This document shows, one piece after another, positions 10,098 through 17,340 of a stretch of 64,000 bases of DNA. Both the position numbers and the translations under genes were made by a program. The notes under the pieces are model-generated. The model did no database searches, was not told where the DNA came from, and worked only from the letters and a program-made list of their open reading frames with translations. Source of the DNA: an uncultured Acidobacteriaceae bacterium (GTDB lineage Bacteria > Acidobacteriota > Terriglobia > Terriglobales > Acidobacteriaceae); the NCBI GenBank assembly GCA_963796895.1, contig CAWCNN010000005.1, forward strand, positions 18,659 to 82,658. Direction: 5' to 3'. Within the stretch, counting starts at the first letter, position 1. Each line of letters begins with the position of its first letter.

Positions 10098-10416
10098 CGC
10101 GCGATCAGGGTGAGCATCGCGCCTCGGCATCAGGGCCGTCATCGCCCCGGCTGGATCAACGCAGACATCCTGCGCCGCGCGATCAGGACAGGCATCCTGT
10201 CCCGCGCAATCAGGGCAGACATCCTGCGCCGCACGATCAGAGCAGACATCCTGTCCCGCACAATCAGTGCAGACATCCTGCGCCACGCGATCAGGGCAGG
10301 CATCCTGTCCCGCACAATCAGGGCAGACATCCTGCGTCACGCGATCAGGGCAGACATCCTGCGCCGCGCGATCAGGACAGGCATCCTGCGTCACGCGATC
10401 AGGGCAGACATCCTGC
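10098..10416. repeat. 27-nt tandem repeat array (9 phased units plus degenerate flanking units)
   Basis: Units CAG(A/G)CATCCTG(C/T)(G/C)(C/T)C(G/A)C(G/A)C(G/A)ATCAG(G/A/T)(G/A) start at 10162, 10189, 10216, 10243, 10270, 10297, 10324, 10351 and 10378, with a partial unit at 10405. Some unit junctions form GGACAGG-CAT-CCTGTCC hairpins. Confidence 0.92.
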
Positions 10417-10455
10417 CCCCGGCGCGAATCGGTCGATTTGGCCCTCCGCCCCCAA

Positions 10456-10589
10456 AGCCCCCCATGCCGAACGCCAGGTTCACCCCACAGCAAGAAGCAA
10501 ACTCTCACGCCACCGAGACGTCAAAGGCTTCGATCCCCGGCTTCAAACGCAGGTACCATCCCCAGGAAGCAGCTGGCCCTTTTTAGAAC
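10456..10589. repeat. dispersed ~120-nt element, copy A
   Basis: ACGCCAGGTTCACCCCACAGCAAGAAGC...TCAAAGG.TTCG...ACGCAGGTACC.TCCCCA...CCCTTTTTAGAAC. By eye it is about 80% identical to copy B. Confidence 0.75.
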
Positions 10590-10843
10590 CTCGAACTTTG
10601 ACTTAATTTCTTGAGCAGTGCCGCAAACGCCGCAAAAATGATCGGGCGCAGTGTGTGCGTGAGAACTGCTTCTACGGTTTACAGGTGGCGATCCATGAAA
10701 GAAATGGCCGCAACCTGTTGGGGCTACCATTGCACAAATCGAGTTCTCTGGCCCACACGTTAGCCCCGAGGCTCGTTCGCCTCCGGCTCACAACTCTTTC
10801 GTCAGGCCGTTCGTCGCTTTCGCCGGGCGCCACAAACACCACC

Positions 10844-10973
10844 CAACCCCATGGCGACGCCAGGTTCACCCTACAGCAAGAAGCGAACTCCCTCGCCGCC
10901 GAACAGTCAAAGGATTCGCCCCCCTGCCTCGGACGCAGGTACCGTCCCCAAAGCACCTGTCCCTTTTTAGAAC
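10844..10973. repeat. dispersed ~120-nt element, copy B
   Basis: Same orientation and same ends as copy A, 386 nt downstream of it. Confidence 0.75.
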
Positions 10974-11201
10974 AGCGCACCTGGACACAATTTTCTTCAC
11001 CCTTCAGGCTATTCAAGCGACGTGAACTTGAGTCTCTGAGCTCCACCCGAATCCCCTATCGATGGAGTTGAGGGCGGAGCACCGCGCGCATGCGCGATCC
11101 CGCCGGCTCCAACCGCCGACAGCCGACCTCTGACGGGCACCCCAAACGCCCACCACCCGCCGTGCGGCATAATGGTCCGACGAAACAACGGGGGCCGCTC
11201 C

Positions 11202-11471
11202 ATGTTCAGGAAAATTCAATCACTGCAAATAGGAAATGCAACCGGGATCAGCTGCGTGGGCGCGGCTGCGACCGGCGCTCGTGCTCTCGGCGCGCTCGCG
11301 CTCGGCGCCTGTGCTATCGGTGCCGTGGCCATCGGCGCCCTGGCCATCCGCCGCCTGGCCGTCGGCAGCGCGAAGTTCAAATCCCTCGAGATCGAGACCC
11401 TCACCGTCTCGCACCTCCGCGTCGCCACAATTGAAGTCACCGACCGCCTGCATCTGCCCGCCCACAATTAG
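11202..11471 (+). CDS. small hypothetical protein with a Gly/Ala-zipper segment
   Basis: MFRKIQSLQIGNATG...GARALGALALGACAIGAVAIGALAIRRLAVGSAKFKSLEIETLTVSHLRV. There is no contradicting ORF and the function is unknown. Confidence 0.5.
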   Translation: MFRKIQSLQIGNATGISCVGAAATGARALGALALGACAIGAVAIGALAIRRLAVGSAKFKSLEIETLTVSHLRVATIEVTDRLHLPAHN

Positions 11472-11497
11472 CCGCAGTTCGGTCCGTCCTCTCAATC

Positions 11498-11532
11498 GCC
11501 AACCCCTGACTGCCAACCGCCAACTGCCGACT
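11498..11532. repeat. heptad array GCCAACC CCTGACT GCCAACC GCCAACT GCCGACT overlapping the stop of the GH31 gene
   Basis: Five 7-nt phased units. The minus-strand stop (CTA, 11531..11533) overlaps the end of the last unit. Confidence 0.65.
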
Positions 11533-13896
11533 ACGGCCGTCTCCCCACCTTCACCCTCATCTGCTTCCCGCTGTACGTCACCTGTTCCTCATCCTGCGTC
11601 GACACCGCCTCCCCCACGCCGTGCCCCTTCCCCACCAGCACTACCCTGAACTGCCGCGCCTCCGCCATCCCAGGATACGACCCCTCCCGCGCACCAATCG
11701 TCAGCTCTCCCGCAGCATCGTCCCAGTGCAGAGGAATCACCGCATGCTGCCCCTTCTCGTACGCGTAGCTGTCTCCGGAATCCTCATACAAATCGAAGTC
11801 CCCGTCCGCCCCACGATAAATCCTCAGTTCGACCGGCCCATCCGGATCCTGATTTGCATACTCGATCTCCGCCCCCATCGGCACAATCGATCCCGCCCGC
11901 ACAAACAGCGGAATCCGATCCAGCGGCGCCGCAACTTCCACCTCCCGGCCGCCCTCCACCCGATCGCCCGTCCAGAAGTCGTACCACCCCGCCGCCTCCG
12001 GCAAATAAACGCGCCGGCTCACCGCTCCCTGCTCCATCACCGGAGCCACCATCAGCGCCGGCCCGAACATGAACTGATCCCCGATATCCCATGTCCGCGC
12101 ATCCGTCCGCCAATCCATCACCAGCGGCCGCTGTATCGTGTAATCCTCGCTCGTTACCTTCCACGCCAGCGAGTAGATGTACGGCATCAGCCGATACCGC
12201 AGCTTGTCGTACTCGATCAGCACCGGCTCCACCCGCGGATAGCTCCAGATCTCATTCTCGGGACGATGCCCATGCGTCCGGAAGATCGGACAGAACACCC
12301 CAAACTCCCACCACCGCGCGTACAGATCCTGATAGTCCGCGATCTGCGTCTTGCCGTTATACGCAGGCCAGTATCCACCGATATCGGTCGTCCAGTACGG
12401 ATATCCCGATAACGCAAAGTTCAGCCCCGCTGCCACCTGATGCCGCAGCCCCCACCACGTGCTGTACACATCGCCCGACCACACCGTCGCGCCCACCCGC
12501 TGCTGCCCCAGAAACGCCGACCGCGTCAGCAGAAACACCCGCTTCTCATCGTTCGCAGCCTTCCAGTGCTCCTGAATCCCAAGCGTGTGCATCAGCGGAA
12601 AAACATTCGTGTACTCCGCGCCGTTTCCAATCGCCAGCATCTTGCTGCGGAGCATCCCGTCGCCCATATGCGGCCAGTACTCCTCCGGCTCCGCGCTGTC
12701 CAGCCAGAACGCATCCCACCCCATCCCGAAGATCGGTCCGGCCAGATTCTTCCAGTAAAAATCCCGCGCCGCCGGATTCGTCGCATCGTACACATGCGCT
12801 CCCGGCACGTCCCAGTGATGCTCCGTCATGATCCCGTAGTTCTCCGACTTCGGATCGAACAGCCCCCACACCGAAATCATCGCGTGCACATGCTCGTCGT
12901 GCAGCTTCTGCAAATCCGCCGGCACATCGTGATAATTCGCGTTGAAGACCGGATCGCCCTCCGCTCTTCCACCAGAACCAGTCCTGCACCATCGCATCCA
13001 GCGGAATGTGCTCTGCCCGATACCGCCCCGCGATCTGCTCGATCTGATCCAGCGACACATACCGGTCTTTCGATTGAAATAGCCCATACGACCACTTCGG
13101 CAGCATCGGTGTATGTCCAGTCATGGACCGGTACTCATGCAGGATCCGATCCATCTCCGGTCCGTAAATGAAGTAGTAGTCCACCCCGTTCGCCCGCGAT
13201 CGATATGAACTTCAGCTCCAGCGGAAACCGGTTGTCCACATAGCTGTACGCCGCCGTGTTCCACATCACCCCGTAGCCCTTGGTCGAGAGCAGCAGCGGA
13301 ATCGCTACGTCCGTGTTGTTCTGCGCCAGCTCTACCGTCGCCCCGCGATAGTTGAACAGCCCGCTCTGGTGCTGCCCCAGCCCATACACCCCCTCCATCG
13401 CATCGAGCCCAAAACGGTCCGTGATCCGCCACGTCTTCTCCCCATTCGCCTCCGTCGGTTCGTAGGTTCGCGGGATCGCATTGCCCTCGCGCAGCAGCGG
13501 CTCGCCCACCGCATTCTCAAACGTCACGTTCCCACGCCGCAGCGAGAAACCCACCCTCAAAGCGGAGGTCGTGATCGTCGCAACCTCGTCGTTCTGCGCA
13601 AACTTGAACTGCGCCCCCGGACAAGCCTCCTTCGCCTCCAGCATCCACGGCTTCGGATGCTCCACCGCCGGTCCATCCGGCGACGCCACGACATGGATCA
13701 CCGCATCCCCGCACACCGTCACGTCCACCACTTCCTGCCCAACATGCGCCCGCATTCCCTGCGCCGTCTGCTCGACGGTAATCGGCGCCAGCCCCGGCAG
13801 CTTCTGCCCCGGCATCTGCGCCATGCAGGTCGTCACACCGCAGGCAACCACAGCCATGATCGCCGCGCCAATCCATCTCCCCCAACCTCTTGCCAT
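11531..13896 (-). pseudogene. glycoside hydrolase family 31 (alpha-glucosidase/alpha-xylosidase-like), secreted, two frame breaks
   Basis: Three consecutive minus-strand ORFs (13135..13917, 12546..13184, 11531..13087) read through as ...NRFPLELKFISIA / NGVDYYFIYGPEMDRILHEYRSMTGHTPMLPKWSYGLFQSKDRY...MVQDWFWWK / EGDPVFNANYHDVPADL...DAFWLDSAEPE...FRTHGHR... The breaks are near 13185..13195 and 12955..12966. Confidence 0.85.
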
Positions 13897-13951
13897 TTCG
13901 ACCGCTCCTCGCACCACGTTGCAGTAAACGATGCAGTATAAGCCAGGTAGC

Positions 13952-14028
13952 GCCTTCTCCCTACCTCCTTCTCCCTTCTCGCTTCTCCTTCTCCCTTCTC
14001 CCGTCCTTCGGTACCCTGTACCTGTAGC
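13952..14028. repeat. polypyrimidine heptad tract (TTCTC phased mostly every 7 nt) followed by GTACCCT GTACCTG
   Basis: TTCTC recurs at offsets 14, 7, 7, 6 and 7 nt. The tract fills the divergent GH31/aroB intergenic region. Confidence 0.65.
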
Positions 14029-14033
14029 ATCCT

Positions 14034-15137
14034 ATGCCGACCCTCCACGTCAAAACCGCATCCGCGGACTATCCCGTCCTCATCGGCCACAATCTCTTTC
14101 CTCGGATTGCCCGTCACCTCGGCAAAGCGGCTGCACGCAGCGTTTTCATCGTTACCTCGCCTGAGATCTGGGCCCTCTGGGGCAGGAAATTCCTCGCCGC
14201 CTTCCCCAGGGACCAACAGCCCACCGCCCTCTTCCTCCCCCCAGGCGAGCGCTTCAAACGGCTGCCCCAGGTCGAACCCCTCGCCACGGAACTCGCCGCA
14301 GCCGGTGCCGACCGCTCCTCCATCCTCATCGCCTTCGGCGGCGGCATCATCGGCGACCTCGCCGGTTTCCTCGCCGCCATCTACATGCGCGGCATCCACT
14401 ACCTCCAGGTCCCCACCACCCTCCTCTCCCAGGTCGACTCCTCCGTCGGCGGCAAAACCGGAGCCAACCTCGCCTCCGGCAAAAACCTCATCGGAAGCTT
14501 CCACCACCCGCGCGCCGTCTTCGCCGACATCGACGTCCTGCAAACCCTGCCCGACCGCGAACTCCGCGCCGGCCTCTTCGAGAGCGTCAAAGCCGGCATC
14601 ATCCGCGACCCCGCCCTCTTCCGCTTCATGGAGCAGAACGCCGAGAAGATCCTCGCCCGCGATCCCGCCGCCCTCGAGCGGGTGATCACTGCCTCCGTCC
14701 GCATGAAAGCCCAGGTTGTAGCCATCGACGAGCACGAGTCCGGCCTGCGCATGATCCTCAACTTCGGCCACACCCTCGGCCACGCCATCGAAGCCGCGAC
14801 GAACTACCGCAAGCTCCTCCACGGCGAAGCCATCGCCTGGGGCATGCTCGCCGCCCTCCGCATCGCACTGGCCCGCAACGCTGTGGGGCCCAACCAAGCC
14901 CAGCGCATCGAGCAGACCATCCACTCCTACGGACCGCTCCCGCCCTTCCGCTCCACGCCCGCGAAGCTCCTCGCCGCCGCCGGCCGCGACAAAAAAAATC
15001 GCGCCGGAACCCGGCGCTTCATCCTTCCCAAAGGTATCGGCAATGCAGTGGTTGTCGAAAACGTCTCCGACATGGAGCTCAACTCCGCAGTGGAGTGGCT
15101 CCTGGCGCGCGCCCGAAGAAGTTCCTCTGAACGCTGA
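14034..15137 (+). CDS. aroB: 3-dehydroquinate synthase
   Basis: 367 aa with the motifs [40 protein letters not shown] and [12 protein letters not shown]. Confidence 0.93.
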   Translation: MPTLHVKTASADYPVLIGHNLFPRIARHLGKAAARSVFIVTSPEIWALWGRKFLAAFPRDQQPTALFLPPGERFKRLPQVEPLATELAAAGADRSSILIAFGGGIIGDLAGFLAAIYMRGIHYLQVPTTLLSQVDSSVGGKTGANLASGKNLIGSFHHPRAVFADIDVLQTLPDRELRAGLFESVKAGIIRDPALFRFMEQNAEKILARDPAALERVITASVRMKAQVVAIDEHESGLRMILNFGHTLGHAIEAATNYRKLLHGEAIAWGMLAALRIALARNAVGPNQAQRIEQTIHSYGPLPPFRSTPAKLLAAAGRDKKNRAGTRRFILPKGIGNAVVVENVSDMELNSAVEWLLARARRSSSER

Positions 15138-15151
15138 TCACTGACAACTGA
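15128..15151 (+). repeat. heptad array of four TGA triplets (TGAACGC TGATCAC TGACAAC TGAACGC) spanning the aroB stop
   Basis: TGA at 15128, 15135 (the aroB stop), 15142 and 15149. Confidence 0.85.
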
Positions 15152-15157
15152 ACGCTG

Positions 15158-15184
15158 CTTGCTGTCGACTCAGTCGACAGCAAG
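15158..15184. terminator. perfect 12-bp inverted repeat between convergent aroB and phoU (candidate bidirectional terminator, no U-tract)
   Basis: CTTGCTGTCGAC-TCA-GTCGACAGCAAG. The 3-nt loop TCA (15170..15172) is the phoU stop codon, and the right arm encodes the last four phoU codons (LAVD). Confidence 0.5.
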
Positions 15185-15856
15185 TGACAGCTGATGCCGC
15201 ACATCCGCGCCCCGCACCCAGAAGATTACGTCCGTCGCGATATTCGTCGCGTGGTCCGCGATCCGCTCCAGGTTCCGTGAAATCAGAATCGCCGGCAGCG
15301 CCTGGTCCGCGCACTCCGGGTTCTCCTGGATCACCTTCGTCAGATCGGTGATCGCCACCCGGTTCATCCGGTCGATCTCGTCGTCCATATCCCGCACCGA
15401 CTCGGCCACCAGCGCGTCTCCATCCAACAGCGACTGCAGCGCTGTCCGGATCATCCGTCCCGCAAAATCGCCCATCCCCGCGATATCCACCGGCAGATCC
15501 AGCGGGTCCTGCTCCAGCAGGTCCAGCGTCCGGACCGCGATGCTCACCGCCATGTCCCCGATCCGCTCCAGGTCCCCATTAATCTTGATCACCGCCAAAA
15601 TAAATCGCAGATCGATCGCCATCGGCTGCTCCCGCGAAAGCAGCTCGTACGCCATCTCGTCCACTTCCCGCTGCGCCGTGTTGATCGCCGTCTCGTTCTC
15701 GCGCACGTACTGGCACAAGCCCTCATCCCGCTGCAGCCAGGCGTCCACCGCCGACTCCACCGCCTGCTGCGACAACGCCGCCATCGCCAGCAGCTTGTCC
15801 TTCAGCTCCGCCAGTTGTTGATGAAAATGAATCCGCGGCAACGTTCCCTCCTGCAT
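15170..15856 (-). CDS. phoU: phosphate signalling complex protein PhoU
   Basis: 228 aa from MQEGTLPRIHFHQQLAELKDKLL, with two PhoU repeats (DLERIGDMAVSIA and NLERIADHATNIA). The longer ORF from 16090 has no support. Confidence 0.9.
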   Translation of the reverse strand: MQEGTLPRIHFHQQLAELKDKLLAMAALSQQAVESAVDAWLQRDEGLCQYVRENETAINTAQREVDEMAYELLSREQPMAIDLRFILAVIKINGDLERIGDMAVSIAVRTLDLLEQDPLDLPVDIAGMGDFAGRMIRTALQSLLDGDALVAESVRDMDDEIDRMNRVAITDLTKVIQENPECADQALPAILISRNLERIADHATNIATDVIFWVRGADVRHQLSLAVD

Positions 15857-15888
15857 ATCTCGCCTGCGACAGCTAAGATGCCGGGTGG

Positions 15889-15919
15889 CCCATATCTGCC
15901 CGGTTTTGGCAGATGTGGG
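15889..15919. promoter_or_regulatory. 31-nt palindrome, copy 1 (CCCATATCTGCC-cggtttt-GGCAGATGTGGG), 33 nt upstream of the phoU start
   Basis: A 12-bp stem with one T:G pair. A second copy at 17116..17146 has a compensatory change. Confidence 0.4.
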
Positions 15920-16044
15920 TTCGACAGACGAAACCAATCTCTGTATTGTGCATCCCCATCCGTAAATACAATGCAAATTTTGCGGACTCGACGTTACTCC
16001 TGTGAATCCCACAACAGAATCATCCCGGAACGCCCGCCTTTTAC

Positions 16045-16064
16045 TGAACGCTGAACGCTGCTGA
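16045..16064 (+). repeat. TGA-containing short tandem motif (CTGAACG CTGAACG CTGCTGAGCG)
   Basis: TGA at 16045, 16052 and 16062, which covers all three frames. Confidence 0.6.
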
Positions 16065-16177
16065 GCGCTGCCGAATCCCCGGTGCCCCATCCTTGATCGC
16101 GCGCGCTGTTCGCGCGATCAGGGTGGGCATCGGCGCCAGCGCGATCCTGCCCGCCGCTGACCGCTCTCCCGGACAAC

Positions 16178-16194
16178 TGAACGATGACAACTGA
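16178..16194 (+). repeat. heptad array TGAACGA TGACAAC TGA adjoining the phhA stop (opposite strand)
   Basis: TGA at 16178, 16185 and 16192. The phhA stop (TCA on the plus strand) is at 16202..16204. Confidence 0.7.
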
Positions 16195-16201
16195 ACGCTG
16201 C

Positions 16202-17002
16202 TCACGCCAGCCGCTTCTCCGCCTCCTGCGCCGCCTCGTATATCTCATCGAACGACTCCACCGCGTACAGCACCTTCTGCTCTTCCGACACCAGAAACTT
16301 CTGCTCGAATATCTGGTCCAGATCGAAATCCCGAATCTCCGGCCGTCCCTCGATCACATGTGTGCCCTCCCCATGCGACGAGATCAGCCCGCTCCCGTAC
16401 AGCTTCACCTTCCCCTTCTGCCGGATCACCCCAAACTCCACCGTGAACCAGAACAGCCGGCCCATCTTCTCCAGCTTCTCCTTGTCCTGCATCAGCGCCG
16501 CGCACACCCGCCCGTAGTGCTGCAGAAAATCGGCAAACACTGGATGCGCGTGCATGGGCACATGTCCAAACACGTCGTGAAAGATGTCCGGCTCCGGCGT
16601 GTACTCCATCGACTCGCGGCTCCGGATATACGTGGTCGTTGGAAACTGCCGCGCCCCCAGCATCTCGAAGAACGCATCCGGCGGCAGAAACCCGCTCACC
16701 GGCGTCGCATTCCACCCGGTCCTCGGCGAAAGCCGCTTATTGACCTCGGCCAGATTCGGAATCGCATCTTCCTTCAGCCCAATCTGCTCAAACCCGTTCA
16801 GATACTCCTCAGCCGCGTGCTCGCGCAACTGCGGCATCCGCCGCCGCACCAACTCCGCCCATACCGCATGCTGCTCCTGGCTGTAGGCGTCCCATTTCTG
16901 CTGGATCAGGTACGGCTCGGCAACCGTCAGCTTCCCATCCGCCCGCTTCTGCGCACCCGACTGCTTCTGCGCCTCCGAGCCCGCCACCCCTGGTGGATTC
17001 AT
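16202..17002 (-). CDS. phhA: phenylalanine 4-monooxygenase (bacterial monomeric aromatic amino acid hydroxylase)
   Basis: 266 aa with the motifs EPDIFHDVFGHVPMH, LFWFTVEFG and LYGSGLISSHGE. Confidence 0.9.
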   Translation of the reverse strand: MNPPGVAGSEAQKQSGAQKRADGKLTVAEPYLIQQKWDAYSQEQHAVWAELVRRRMPQLREHAAEEYLNGFEQIGLKEDAIPNLAEVNKRLSPRTGWNATPVSGFLPPDAFFEMLGARQFPTTTYIRSRESMEYTPEPDIFHDVFGHVPMHAHPVFADFLQHYGRVCAALMQDKEKLEKMGRLFWFTVEFGVIRQKGKVKLYGSGLISSHGEGTHVIEGRPEIRDFDLDQIFEQKFLVSEEQKVLYAVESFDEIYEAAQEAEKRLA

Positions 17003-17115
17003 CTCTTACACCCCCGGCAAAACGTTAGAGAATTTCACCCGCGCTGGTGAGATGTCAAATACATTAGATTTCGCGAAAAATCTGTCATCTTCGCATCTCT
17101 GGATATCCTGGGTGC

Positions 17116-17146
17116 CCCGTATCTGCCCGGTTTTGGCAGATGCGGG
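17116..17146. promoter_or_regulatory. 31-nt palindrome, copy 2 (CCCGTATCTGCC-cggtttt-GGCAGATGCGGG), 114 nt upstream of the phhA start
   Basis: Same loop and same T:G position as copy 1. Stem position 4 is A:T in copy 1 and G:C here. Confidence 0.4.
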
Positions 17147-17191
17147 AAGCCTCGATCCTCACGAAGACAGTCGCTGAGCGAGCACCCGCAT

Positions 17192-17217
17192 TTGTTGCGC
17201 CGCTTTTGGCGCAACAA
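17192..17217 (-). terminator. perfect 10-bp hairpin TTGTTGCGCC-gctttt-GGCGCAACAA downstream of the 17341..18579 gene (no U-tract)
   Basis: Inverted repeat read directly from the sequence. Its position is consistent with a terminator, but the sequence evidence is weak. Confidence 0.35.
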
Positions 17218-17236
17218 CAATTCAGACGCGAGTAAT

Positions 17237-17280
17237 GTCACCCTGAGCAAGCCGGCTCGGCCGGCGCGTCGAATGGACCC
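17237..17280. repeat. REP-like element of the GTCAYCCTGAGC...GTCGAAKGACC family
   Basis: GTCACCCTGAGCAAGCCGGCTCGGCCGGCGCGTCGAATGGACCC. Related copies are in the 3275..4118 repeats and at 47785..47831. Confidence 0.55.
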
Positions 17281-17340
17281 GTTTTCCCCGTCGCAACTCC
17301 CGGCCGCCCCGAAGCGCGCCGCCCGAAAAGAGACGCTCCA

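Noticed and set aside
10098-10416. The 27-nt periodic array as a CRISPR array, or as a protein with 9-residue repeats (ORFs 10038..10508, 10110..10586, 10139..10330, 10267..10614)
   Set aside because: The repeats are contiguous with no unique spacers and the unit is only 27 nt, so it is not a CRISPR array. All frames are open simply because the unit lacks stop triplets. Differences between units show no third-position bias, and no start or Shine-Dalgarno context is present.
15900-15925. Sigma54 promoter (TGGCA...) or tRNA T-arm (GGGTTCGAC) inside or next to the phoU-upstream palindrome
   Set aside because: TGGCAG is not followed by a TTGC element at the -12 spacing on either strand. No acceptor, D or anticodon arms can be drawn around GGTTCGA. 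I saw no tRNA-like sequence anywhere in the window.
15857-16090. N-terminal 78-codon extension of phoU (ORF called from 16090)
   Set aside because: PhoU homology starts at MQEGTLPRIHFH (15856). The extension crosses the palindrome and a TGA-heptad motif region and has no protein-like features.
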